A stretch of 64,000 bases of DNA, from contig CAUPYP010000001.1 in the NCBI GenBank assembly GCA_963516005.1, positions 39,400 to 103,399 of the forward strand. Reading direction: 5' to 3'. Below are positions 53,415 through 62,412 of this stretch, in pieces; the stretch's first letter is position 1; each line of letters opens with the position of its first letter. A program made the position numbers and the translations under genes. The notes beneath the pieces are model-generated. The model was not told the origin of the DNA, searched no databases, and worked only from the letters and a program-made list of their open reading frames with translations. The stretch comes from an uncultured Candidatus Saccharibacteria bacterium. GTDB taxonomy: Bacteria; Patescibacteriota; Saccharimonadia; Saccharimonadales; Saccharimonadaceae.

Positions 53415-53921
53415 CAGGGGTTTTGGGGCGATTTATGCTTGGACACGGCTGGATGTTGAATCATCTAGAGATCGCTTCTTTAATGACATAAAATAAACAT
53501 TGTGCGACATTAAGATATAAACATAAACATGAATATATACTCATCTAAAATCAGTCTCAAAACTAGCCTTATGACATAACATTCCCTAAAACACGTTTTA
53601 GAGCCCCTATTTACGGCTTGGAATGGTTTTTCGACCCATTGTGCCGATATTCACATTATGTTGCATATCAGCCTGATTTTGGCAGATTGATGATTATTCG
53701 GTAATTGAGCCCAAGCTTTAATAACGGCCGGATGAATGATTAATATTACAAACAGATTCTGATGATAATGAATTAGTGTATGTAATCAACTTAAACCAAC
53801 GAGCGCTAGCCGACGGTTTAAAATATTATAAGTTCGGTTTTTGTTCAGCGGGAATCGTGTGTTGAAATATTAAAGGTAGTTGGTGCCTCGCCTACTCCGT
53901 TTCCGAAGGTGTAAATCTTGA

Positions 53922-53952
53922 CGCAAAACCACCTCTGTTTAAACAGAGGTGG
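53922..53952 (-). terminator. Intrinsic terminator after the VirD4/TraD-like ATPase gene
   Basis: Perfect 12-bp palindrome CCACCTCTGTTT/AAACAGAGGTGG, followed on the - strand by TTTTGCG. Confidence 0.7.
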
Positions 53953-53960
53953 GGAATTGA

Positions 53961-56684
53961 CTATTTCGGCTGGTTTTTTGACTTATTGTGAGGTGGACGA
54001 CGGCGTGGACGTTTTTTAGCAGTAGTGCCAGCTGGATTCTGTCCTGCCGATGATCCGGTGTTGGTGTTTGGCGTGCCAAAGAGGCTCTTGATTTCACTCA
54101 GGGCTTTCGGATTGAGGCGTTGGTAGCCACTATCGGAGGTATCAGTGCCATCAGGCGCAGGTTCATGATCAGAAGGGCGTATTTTACGCAAATCAAGCTG
54201 ATTATTTCCCCTGTTATCCCCTGTTGGTTGGTGTAATTTTTCTTGAAAACGCTGGCGACTTGGTGTGTCAAATTGTTCAGGAATCTTAATGACGCTAGCG
54301 ATTTCATGCTCAACATCAGCTCGATTACGGCCGTAATAACGGCGACTGTGATCGATAATTTGGTCGAGATAATCAGCTGGTGGTTCAGGTAGATTGAGGG
54401 TCGAAGCCGAGAAGGCCGGTTGTTTTTCACCGTTAATAATCATGCTCATAATGAAATGACGGTTGTGCATATTGACTAAATCATTGACCTCAAACTGTGG
54501 TTCGAATTGTTTGACTAACAGTGGTGCATCATCAGCTGACACGCGGAAGGAAATCATCGAACCGACGTTACCGAAGACGGCAGTGCGTACTTCATCACTC
54601 ATCTGGGCAATGTACTGGTTGGCGACGGTCAGGTTTAGAGCGTATTTGCGCGCCTCAGACAGAATAGTCGCGAAAGAGTCGGTGGCAAAGTTCTGGAACT
54701 CGTCAACGTAGAGATAGAACGGACGACGATCGGCGATGTTCGGAATATCAGAACGACTCATGGCGGCGAGCTGAATCTTAGTTACTAAGAATGCCCCCAA
54801 AATACTGGCATTATCCTCTCCAATTAGACCTTTGGAGAGATTAACAACCAGGATTTTACCATCATCCATCAGTTGGCGAATATTAAAGGTTGATTTTGGT
54901 TGGCCGATGATATTACGAATAATTGGGTTGGCGGTGAAGGCACCGACTTTGTTCAGGACTGGCGCAATAGCTTCAGTGGCGTATTTTTCATTCCAACTGG
55001 CAAATTCCAGCTTCCAGAACTGTAAAATCACGGTGTCTGTGACATAATTGAGGGTTTCTTTACGGAACTCCTTGTCAGTCAACATACGGGTGATATCGAG
55101 AATAGTCGTCTCCGGTCGCTCCAGAAGCGCTAGAATGGTATAGCGCAAGATGTGCTCAAGACGTGGACCCCAGGAATTACCAAACATGCGTTTGAGCACA
55201 CCAATTACCTCTGATGAAACTGTCAGGCGTTGGCTTGGGCTAGTAATTTCCAATGGGTTAAAACCAAGCGGAAAAGCGGTATCAGCTGGATTAAAATAGA
55301 TGACGTCTTTAATTCGGCGCTCAGGGATGAAGCGTAAATTATTGATAGCAAAGTCGCCGTGCGGATCAATGATCGCATAGCCTTGATTGTGATAAATATC
55401 CGAGAGTGCTAATAACTCCAAAGTACCAGATTTACCAGCGCCAGTTTGACCGATAATATAGAGGTGACGAGAGCGATCCTTGCGTAACATACCAAATTGA
55501 TGTTTGACGCCTCGGAAATCGGTCATACCAAAAGCTGAAATAGCGGGATTGGGAGCGGCATTGGGGTTAATAATTGGCAGTTTGGATGGTGGTTCGGCGG
55601 TTTTGGAAGATGCCCAAACAATATTAGGAGTTTCAACGTTAGTGTGGGGCAAGTGGTAAACACTAGCAAGCTCTTCGATGTTTAAAATAAAACCCTCATC
55701 GCTAAAACTACGAGCTTGGTAGGCAGTAATTTTCTCGGGGTCGAAGCTTGATTGTGACATCTGAAAACCGTTCAAATTGGTACTGTTAAACTGCTTAAAA
55801 GTACCGATAATCGACTGCATGCGCAAGCGAGCATGGTCTTCGTTACTGCCGGCGTAAACAATGCGGATTTTGACTTTAAAGCCGAGTTTAGCGGCTTTTT
55901 TCTCAGCTTCCGAGACTTGGAGTTTTTCGCGCTCGGAGAGTTCAGGTTTGTCAGGTTTTTCGCCAGCTTCGGGTGGTTTGGCAAGTGCGCCCAGGGCGGT
56001 CAAAAACCATTTAGCATCAAGGGCAAATTTAGCCTTTTTATCAGTGATATTGTCTTTGACCCATTTTTCAGAATCTTTATGCCAGGAGTCGGCAATCGGA
56101 CGAATCAGAATCTGAATCCATAATTCCTCGTCGGCGTCTTCAAGTTTAGCTAAAGTTCCAGTGATGCCAGCCAAGGGATCAACCTCGAAGCCATTAAAAG
56201 TACGAATTGGCAAAAACTCCGATTCTTTGAGGTCAACTTCAGCGGTGTGTACTACTGGCTTGCGGACATTGAGCGAATAATCATAATCAGCGGTTTTAAT
56301 TTGAACGCTAGGGTATTGAGCGTAAATCTGACCTTCAACGAAATTACGCAGGGTTTTTGGTAGACATAGATAAAACATAATTTGGCCATTGACAGTGGCG
56401 ATTTCGAAGCTGAGGTGTTCTTGAGGCACGCCACTCTCAATCAAGCTGGCGTCACGCAGAATACCGTGCAAGCTGGCGAACAACTGTTCAGCGGCAAGTT
56501 CGGATTTGTCATTGGTTTTGGGAATTTCGAGAATCAACAGTGTGCTTTCGGCTGATGATTCGATGGTTTGAATTTCGAGCTTTTGGTAATTGCGCCAGGT
56601 TAAATAGAGTAACAGAGTAACGGTTGGCATCCATACATACCAACTCAAGATGAATTTTATTAAGCCGGAAATCATTTCTAACAT
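53961..56684 (-). CDS. VirD4/TraD/TraG-like coupling-protein-type ATPase (FtsK/HerA superfamily) with an N-terminal TM and a basic C-terminal tail
   Basis: Walker A IIGQTGAGKSG, IIDPHGD, Walker B YLYVDEFQNFAT and ARKYALNLTVANQYIAQM. 907 aa. Confidence 0.6.
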   Translation of the reverse strand: MLEMISGLIKFILSWYVWMPTVTLLLYLTWRNYQKLEIQTIESSAESTLLILEIPKTNDKSELAAEQLFASLHGILRDASLIESGVPQEHLSFEIATVNGQIMFYLCLPKTLRNFVEGQIYAQYPSVQIKTADYDYSLNVRKPVVHTAEVDLKESEFLPIRTFNGFEVDPLAGITGTLAKLEDADEELWIQILIRPIADSWHKDSEKWVKDNITDKKAKFALDAKWFLTALGALAKPPEAGEKPDKPELSEREKLQVSEAEKKAAKLGFKVKIRIVYAGSNEDHARLRMQSIIGTFKQFNSTNLNGFQMSQSSFDPEKITAYQARSFSDEGFILNIEELASVYHLPHTNVETPNIVWASSKTAEPPSKLPIINPNAAPNPAISAFGMTDFRGVKHQFGMLRKDRSRHLYIIGQTGAGKSGTLELLALSDIYHNQGYAIIDPHGDFAINNLRFIPERRIKDVIYFNPADTAFPLGFNPLEITSPSQRLTVSSEVIGVLKRMFGNSWGPRLEHILRYTILALLERPETTILDITRMLTDKEFRKETLNYVTDTVILQFWKLEFASWNEKYATEAIAPVLNKVGAFTANPIIRNIIGQPKSTFNIRQLMDDGKILVVNLSKGLIGEDNASILGAFLVTKIQLAAMSRSDIPNIADRRPFYLYVDEFQNFATDSFATILSEARKYALNLTVANQYIAQMSDEVRTAVFGNVGSMISFRVSADDAPLLVKQFEPQFEVNDLVNMHNRHFIMSMIINGEKQPAFSASTLNLPEPPADYLDQIIDHSRRYYGRNRADVEHEIASVIKIPEQFDTPSRQRFQEKLHQPTGDNRGNNQLDLRKIRPSDHEPAPDGTDTSDSGYQRLNPKALSEIKSLFGTPNTNTGSSAGQNPAGTTAKKRPRRRPPHNKSKNQPK

Positions 56685-56806
56685 AACCGTATTATCTCAT
56701 ATTTTACTAAAAAACTCAATCGCGTCTCGAGTGTGTTAAGCGGACTGGCGAGCGACACAACTCCCCTACTCTTTTTGTGTGAAAAATAGCACTCGTTAAT
56801 GAGCGA

Positions 56807-57859
56807 TTAGGCTTTGGGTACGAAGTCGTAAGTTGCTTTAGCGACGCGTTTGAACTCAGGTCGAGCCTGAAGGTTTAATAACACGGTAGTTTCTTTGACT
56901 TTGCGTCGTTTGAGGACTTGTTTAACGATATCGTCACGATACATTGGCTGACCGTTTTGCTTGATGACATCAGCAATGATGTCTGCCACGGTGCCTTTTT
57001 TATAACCCCACTCATTAAGGGCGTAAATCCCCCGCCCGATTAGCACGAAGCGTTTGTCTTTGATAAGTTCGTTGTGAATGGCCTGTTTGGTGACGTCTTT
57101 GCGTTTAAAATTGCTACTGGCAATCTGGCTAGCAATATCCGAAAAATGCATCGGCTGACCGTTTTGTTTCAAGACAACGTAAATTTTGTCTTTGATATTG
57201 CGAGGATTGACATTTGGATCGGTCGCCATACCCCAGAGGTCGTTAAGGGTAGCGAGTTTTTTCGAAACTGCCGCTAAAGCGAGAATCTGCTTCGGATGGT
57301 TATAATCGAGTTTAGCGTCAAGTTCATCAAGACTGAGGGGCTGTTTGTTGGTTTTGATTAATTTAACGATTTCGTCAATTTGTTTGCGGTAGGTTTTAGC
57401 GTCGCCAAATTCGGCAATAGCAATTGCTTGAGCATAAGAGTCGTTTTCGTCGATTAACACGAGTTTGTTGCTAACTTCAGCGATAAAAGCCACCGTTAAA
57501 TCATCGCGCGCATCGAGCTGGTCGGCAAAGATATTCTTGGTCAAAGTTTTGGTCATGAGAATATTGCCGTTTTCAGTCAGTTGGCGAACAACGAGTTTTT
57601 CAAAAGCTGGCAAGTTGGCAATTTTGCCATCATCAGCGGCGATTTTCAAACGAATTAAGATGGCTTTTTCGAGCTGGCGGACGCGCTCACGAGTGATGCC
57701 CAAAAACTCGCCGATTTGTTCGAGAGTTTCGGTTTTGCCGTCCAGACCGAAGCGTCGGGTGATAATCTGTCGTTCGCGATCCTGTTCTAAATAGCTCAAC
57801 AGATCATTAATTACATCTGTTAGAATTTGATGCTCGGCCGATGTTTGTTTGCCAGTCAT
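56807..57859 (-). CDS. DNA-binding protein: sigma-70 region-4-like HTH plus two HARE-HTH-like modules
   Basis: N-terminal RRFGLDGKTETLEQIGEFLGITRERVRQLEKAIL. The C-terminal half has duplicated segments (VLKQNGQPMHFSDIASQI.., VIKQNGQPMYRDDIVKQV..). Confidence 0.55.
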   Translation of the reverse strand: MTGKQTSAEHQILTDVINDLLSYLEQDRERQIITRRFGLDGKTETLEQIGEFLGITRERVRQLEKAILIRLKIAADDGKIANLPAFEKLVVRQLTENGNILMTKTLTKNIFADQLDARDDLTVAFIAEVSNKLVLIDENDSYAQAIAIAEFGDAKTYRKQIDEIVKLIKTNKQPLSLDELDAKLDYNHPKQILALAAVSKKLATLNDLWGMATDPNVNPRNIKDKIYVVLKQNGQPMHFSDIASQIASSNFKRKDVTKQAIHNELIKDKRFVLIGRGIYALNEWGYKKGTVADIIADVIKQNGQPMYRDDIVKQVLKRRKVKETTVLLNLQARPEFKRVAKATYDFVPKA

Positions 57860-58064
57860 GTATTAATTTTTCCTTTCGTTTGACGAGTGCCAGCGACATG
57901 GTGGCACGGTTTAAAATTTGTTAAATTATTATCTTATATATAATTATACCATAAAATAGACTTTTTCAATATAAAATGTTGTAAAAATAGCAAAAAATCA
58001 ACGGTAGGTTATGACGATGGTTTTAAAGAGTGAATATGGTATGAAACAAGACGCTTACGAGCGA

Positions 58065-58093
58065 AGTAAAACAGCTCACTTGACGTGAGCTGT
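58065..58093 (-). terminator. Intrinsic terminator after topA
   Basis: Stem ACAGCTCAC / GTGAGCTGT, followed on the - strand by TTTTAC. Confidence 0.6.
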
Positions 58094-58112
58094 CATGTTT
58101 AAAAGTCGAAAC

Positions 58113-60476
58113 TTAAGCGGATTTTTTAGTGCGTTTGGTGGTTTTTGTGGCGGTTTTAGCTTTGGCGGTCTTTTTGGCAGTGGTTTTAGCTTTTGCTGTC
58201 GCTTTTTTAGCAGTTTTAGCTGGCTTGCCGGTATTTGCTAAAATATCTAACGCTTGCTGTTTAGTTAATGTATGTGGATCGGTGTCTTTGGGGATTTTGG
58301 CATTAGTTTTGCCATCGGTTACGTAAGGACCAAACCGACCGTTTAAGACTTTCACTTCGCCAAAATCGGCGATGTTTTTCTGGGCTTCTTGGGCAATTTT
58401 TTCTTGGTAGAATTGGCGTGCGGTCTCGAGGTCAATCATCAGCGGGTCGTGATGCTTAATACTGACAAAAGTCGAGCCGACTTTAATATACGGGCCGAAG
58501 CGACCAATATTCGCAATAATCTCTTGACCATCAGTGGTTTGACCAACCGTACGTGGTAACTTAAACATTTCTAAGGCCTGTTCGAGCGTGACGGTGTTGA
58601 GGCTGGTGTTAAACGGCATTGGCGCAAACTGTGGCTTGTTGTCGTCGTCGCTTTTGCCGAGCTGAATCATTGGACCAAACCGACCTAATTTAGCAAAAAC
58701 CGGTAGTTTAGTCTTCGGATCAATACCGAGCTCGCGTTCCATCGAAATCTCGGAACGCTTAATTCCGCCAGATTGCTCAATCAACTGATGAAACGGCTCA
58801 TAAAAACCGCGGAGCATTTTAACTTTGTCGAGCTGACCATGCGCGATTTGGTCGAATTCGGTCTCAACTTTAGCGGTGAAGTCATAGTCGACCACCTGAT
58901 CAAAATGACCCGTCAAAAAAGTATTAAGCAATTCGCCAATCGGCTGTGGGATAAGCTTACCTTTATCGGAACCGGTTTTTTCAGTGACAGTGCTAGTGGT
59001 GACTTGGTTATTAGCTAAAGTCAACAAAATCACCTCACGTGGTTGACCTTCGGTTTGACCTTTGGACACATAACCGCGCGTAACGATAGTATCAAGAATG
59101 GTGGCGTAGGTTGATGGTCGACCAATGCCCAATTCCTCGAGTTTTTTGACTAAACTACCTTCGGTGTAGCGAGCTGGCGGTTTTTTAAAAGTCTGGCGGG
59201 CTTCAGCGGTGATTAGCTCTACTTGGTCGTTGACTTGCAGATCTGGCAATGGCTGATCGGTTGATAAATTCTCGTATAATGCCAAAAAACCCGGGAATGT
59301 CACTACTTCGCCTTGCGCTACGAAAGCGGTGCCGGCTGGGTTGGCAGTGATAGTAGCAGTGGTTTTTTTGAGTTGAGCGGAAGCCATTTGGCTGGCTAAG
59401 GTGCGTTTACGGATTAAATCGTAGAGCTTTTTCTCTTGAGCGCTGGAGCCAGCAGATTCAACCGCTAAATTAGTCGGTCGAATAGCCTCGTGGGCTTCTT
59501 GAGCGCTGGCTGATTTGGTAGCGAAATTGCGGGCTTTGTGATATTTTTCACCATAAGTTGTGGTGATATAATCACGGGCTGATGCAATAATTTGCTTCGA
59601 CAATACGGTTGAGTCGGTTCGCATATAGGTGATTTTACCGGCTTGATAGAGCTTCTGAGCGGCTGACATGGTTTGTTTGGAACTAAAACCAAACTTGCTG
59701 TTAGCTTCTTGTTGTAAGGTTGAAGTCGTAAACGGTGCTCGTGGATTACGCTCGGCATCGCTAGCTTTAACTTCGCTGACGACAAACTGGTTGTTAATTA
59801 AACTTTCTAAAATCTGTTGAGCTTCGGCTTGGTCGGTAGCGCGGGTTTTAACCTCAGCTTTAAAATCAGTGCCATTGGTTTGAAATTGACCAGTGATCTT
59901 GTAATCAGCTTGCGCACTAAAATCACGAATCTCCTGCTCGCGTTCAACCACGAGGCGGACAGCTGGAGACTGAACGCGACCGGCGCTTTTGCCACCTGGC
60001 ACTTTGCGCCAAACGACTGGCGACAGCTCAAAACCAACCAGACGATCGAGAATCTGTCGCGCTTGTTGAGCTTTTACTAGTTGCATATCGATAGTGCGTG
60101 GATTGGCAATTGCTGATTCTAATGCGCTCTTGGTGATTTCATGAAAAACAATGCGCTTGGTGGTTTTGGGATCGAGATTTAACACTTCGGTTAAATGCCA
60201 AGCAATCGCCTCCCCTTCGCGGTCTTCATCGGTTGCGAGCCAAACAGTTTCGGCTTGTTTGACGGATTTTTTAAGCTCGGTGATGACTTTTTTCTTGTCG
60301 GGATCAATTTCATAAATTGTTTTAAAATCATTTTTGATGTCGATTGGCGGAGTTTTACTTTTGACCGGAATCGAGCGGATATGACCAACACTGGAGAGTA
60401 CTGTAAAATCTTTACCGAGATATTTCTCGATGGTTTTGGCCTTGGCGGGGCTCTCAACGATCACTAGATTCTTCAT
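58113..60476 (-). CDS. topA: DNA topoisomerase I
   Basis: Toprim N-terminus (LVIVESPAKAKTIEKYLG) and catalytic Tyr region (ITYMRTDS). The C-terminal GRFGP(Y/M) repeats have no Cys4, and the tail is Lys/Ala/Thr-rich. Confidence 0.95.
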   Translation of the reverse strand: MKNLVIVESPAKAKTIEKYLGKDFTVLSSVGHIRSIPVKSKTPPIDIKNDFKTIYEIDPDKKKVITELKKSVKQAETVWLATDEDREGEAIAWHLTEVLNLDPKTTKRIVFHEITKSALESAIANPRTIDMQLVKAQQARQILDRLVGFELSPVVWRKVPGGKSAGRVQSPAVRLVVEREQEIRDFSAQADYKITGQFQTNGTDFKAEVKTRATDQAEAQQILESLINNQFVVSEVKASDAERNPRAPFTTSTLQQEANSKFGFSSKQTMSAAQKLYQAGKITYMRTDSTVLSKQIIASARDYITTTYGEKYHKARNFATKSASAQEAHEAIRPTNLAVESAGSSAQEKKLYDLIRKRTLASQMASAQLKKTTATITANPAGTAFVAQGEVVTFPGFLALYENLSTDQPLPDLQVNDQVELITAEARQTFKKPPARYTEGSLVKKLEELGIGRPSTYATILDTIVTRGYVSKGQTEGQPREVILLTLANNQVTTSTVTEKTGSDKGKLIPQPIGELLNTFLTGHFDQVVDYDFTAKVETEFDQIAHGQLDKVKMLRGFYEPFHQLIEQSGGIKRSEISMERELGIDPKTKLPVFAKLGRFGPMIQLGKSDDDNKPQFAPMPFNTSLNTVTLEQALEMFKLPRTVGQTTDGQEIIANIGRFGPYIKVGSTFVSIKHHDPLMIDLETARQFYQEKIAQEAQKNIADFGEVKVLNGRFGPYVTDGKTNAKIPKDTDPHTLTKQQALDILANTGKPAKTAKKATAKAKTTAKKTAKAKTATKTTKRTKKSA

Positions 60477-60616
60477 TTAAATAAGTATAAAGCTTTTACG
60501 GCAAAATGGCAAATTTCCGTGATTGTTGTTTTTTAAATAATGCAGATAGTAAAGATGAAAAGCAAGGGTTTTACTTTGCTTTTTTAAATTCTTGAAACGT
60601 ATGATATGCTCGTATT

Positions 60617-61327
60617 ATGCAGTATCGATATAAAATCTTTTATGATTTATCTGTTGATGAGTGGAACTGGCTGGATGCGCATAATCCAATCCATGGTCAA
60701 AATTGGCGCAATAGCTTACTTGGCGTTGAGGATATAGAAATTTATGATAAATTAGCTGAGTTGCCCGACCGACAGGCCGAGGCTTATATTCATCGCCAAC
60801 TTCTTAAGCGTCAACAAGACAGCGATATGTTGATTAAGTTTCAGGCTCAACTAGAACAACAATTGGCTGAGCGGTTTGTATTGGCGTGTCAAGCTGTTGA
60901 ACGCTTAACAAATAAACCATTATTTTTAACGGAATATCATTTCCTTTTAACTACCTTCCCACGGTTGCCGTATAATTATTATGATAACATTGGTGAAGTG
61001 TTTGTTTACGCAACACTCGACCAACGAGCTAATGATCCAATTTTGATGTTTATGCATGAATGTTTGCATTTTCAATTTCATGGGTATTGGCAAAATAATC
61101 CTGATTCAATTGTTTCAAAATTATCTAATGATAAATTTGAAATTCTAAAAGAATCTCTGACAGTTATTCTTGATGATGAGTTAAAGCCACTCATTACTCA
61201 TATTGACGAGGGCTATGCCGAGCATCAGGTTTTACGCCAGAAACTACATCAGCACTGGCAAAAATACCATGATTTTTCTGCATTGGTAGAATTTGGATCT
61301 AATTTGTTGTGCGAAAAGTTAACATAA
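60617..61327 (+). CDS. Hypothetical protein with an HExxH motif (possible zinc metallopeptidase fold)
   Basis: 236-aa soluble protein containing MFMHECLHFQFH. No family recognised. Confidence 0.45.
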   Translation: MQYRYKIFYDLSVDEWNWLDAHNPIHGQNWRNSLLGVEDIEIYDKLAELPDRQAEAYIHRQLLKRQQDSDMLIKFQAQLEQQLAERFVLACQAVERLTNKPLFLTEYHFLLTTFPRLPYNYYDNIGEVFVYATLDQRANDPILMFMHECLHFQFHGYWQNNPDSIVSKLSNDKFEILKESLTVILDDELKPLITHIDEGYAEHQVLRQKLHQHWQKYHDFSALVEFGSNLLCEKLT

Positions 61328-61490
61328 ATTAATTGAAGTAGGTAGTGCTATTTAACGAACTTCAAAATAATGACCACTTATTCTGTTAGTTAATAAATCT
61401 TGTAGAATTAAGTAGCTTCCTTTGTATTTGGATTTTTTGCTATTTCATTTAATCTAACCCATGAATAAGAACTAATTTCATGACCATTAG

Positions 61491-62360
61491 TCATATTTTC
61501 AGCATCCAGCGATTGGCGCCGAGCGGTGCGATATGACCGTTAATTTCTAACATAGTTAGATGAAAATTAAACTCGTCAGGACTGAGTTTGAGCTGTTGTA
61601 GAATCTGGTCGCCGTCACTGATGCCGTCGGCGATTAGTTTGAGAATGCGACTCTGAATTGGGTCGTTAATGATTGGTAATTTGGGCTGAGGGTTGACAAT
61701 GTTGGAACTGGTGATGCCGAGCGCTAAACAGACATCTTCAGCTGAGGTGATCAGCTGAGCGCCTTGTTTGATTAAATTATGACAACCAACTGACATTGGA
61801 CTGGTAATTGCGCCTGGGATGGCGAAAACTTCGTGATTTTGACTGAGGGCGTGAGCGGCGGTTGAGAGTGTGCCACTGCGTGCGGCGGCCTCAACTACAA
61901 TTACTCCGTTGGCAAGTCCGCTGACAATCCGATTGCGTTCTAAAAACTGATGTGGCAACGCTGGCTGATTGGGCATGTATTCACTGAGAATCGCCCCGCC
62001 GGAATCTAAAATCTTCTGAGCTAGGTGGCGATTGGTATGTGGTGTGATGTTATTGAGTCCGCTACCGAGGACGGCTACGGTCAATCCCCCAGCTTCCATA
62101 CAGCCTTTGTGAGCGATGGCATCAATTCCCAGGGCTAAACCGCTGATTATTATCACACCTTTTTTGGCTAAGTCAAAAGCGAGTTGATGGGCAATCTGTC
62201 GCCCATAGGCGGTGGGTTTGCGCGAGCCAACAATGGCGACAATCGGTGCCTCCACCTCTGGTAATTGACCGAGATAATGGATTTTTTCGGGTGGTTGATA
62301 GGTCTCAACTAGCCTATTGAAAAACTTATGCTTAACTGGTGTAATAGATTTAATTTCCAT
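61491..62360 (-). CDS. dprA: DNA processing protein DprA (Smf)
   Basis: Rossmann-like core GLALGIDAIAHKG and ARSGTLSTA, plus a C-terminal winged-helix-like domain. Confidence 0.9.
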   Translation of the reverse strand: MEIKSITPVKHKFFNRLVETYQPPEKIHYLGQLPEVEAPIVAIVGSRKPTAYGRQIAHQLAFDLAKKGVIIISGLALGIDAIAHKGCMEAGGLTVAVLGSGLNNITPHTNRHLAQKILDSGGAILSEYMPNQPALPHQFLERNRIVSGLANGVIVVEAAARSGTLSTAAHALSQNHEVFAIPGAITSPMSVGCHNLIKQGAQLITSAEDVCLALGITSSNIVNPQPKLPIINDPIQSRILKLIADGISDGDQILQQLKLSPDEFNFHLTMLEINGHIAPLGANRWMLKI

Positions 62361-62377
62361 AAAATAGTATTTAATAG

Positions 62378-62406
62378 TTGACTTTACATCTAAACTATGC
62401 TATAAT
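62378..62406 (+). promoter_or_regulatory. Perfect consensus promoter TTGACT-17-TATAAT with no downstream + strand ORF
   Basis: -35 at 62378-62383, -10 at 62401-62406, 17-nt spacer. Confidence 0.6.
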
Positions 62407-62412
62407 GAAAAT

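Noticed and set aside
53639-53666. dif-like XerCD site, suggested by TTATGTTGCAT resembling the XerD arm TTATGTTAAAT. AATATATATTAT at 52983-52994 also resembles the Bacillus dif core.
   Set aside because: The left arm matches only with a register shift, which leaves a 5-nt central region. The inner ATAA-N6-TTAT palindrome is absent. The second case is indistinguishable from AT-rich background.
53395-53700. Possible tmRNA, prompted by GGGTTCGACAGGGG (resembling the GGAUUCGACAGGG segment near tmRNA 5' ends) and the hairpin AATGG-TTTTTCGAC-CCATT.
   Set aside because: There is no GGGG acceptor 5' end, no G-U at the third acceptor pair, no proper T-arm followed by an acceptor 3' strand, and no plausible tag reading frame ending in a hydrophobic Ala-rich tail.
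60477-60616. Hairpin AAAGCAA-gggttttac-TTGCTTT followed by a T-run in the topA / 60617 divergent spacer, considered as another sRNA terminator.
   Set aside because: The stem is short and AT-rich, and I found no convincing upstream promoter on the + strand. More likely it is part of the promoter region of gene 60617-61327.
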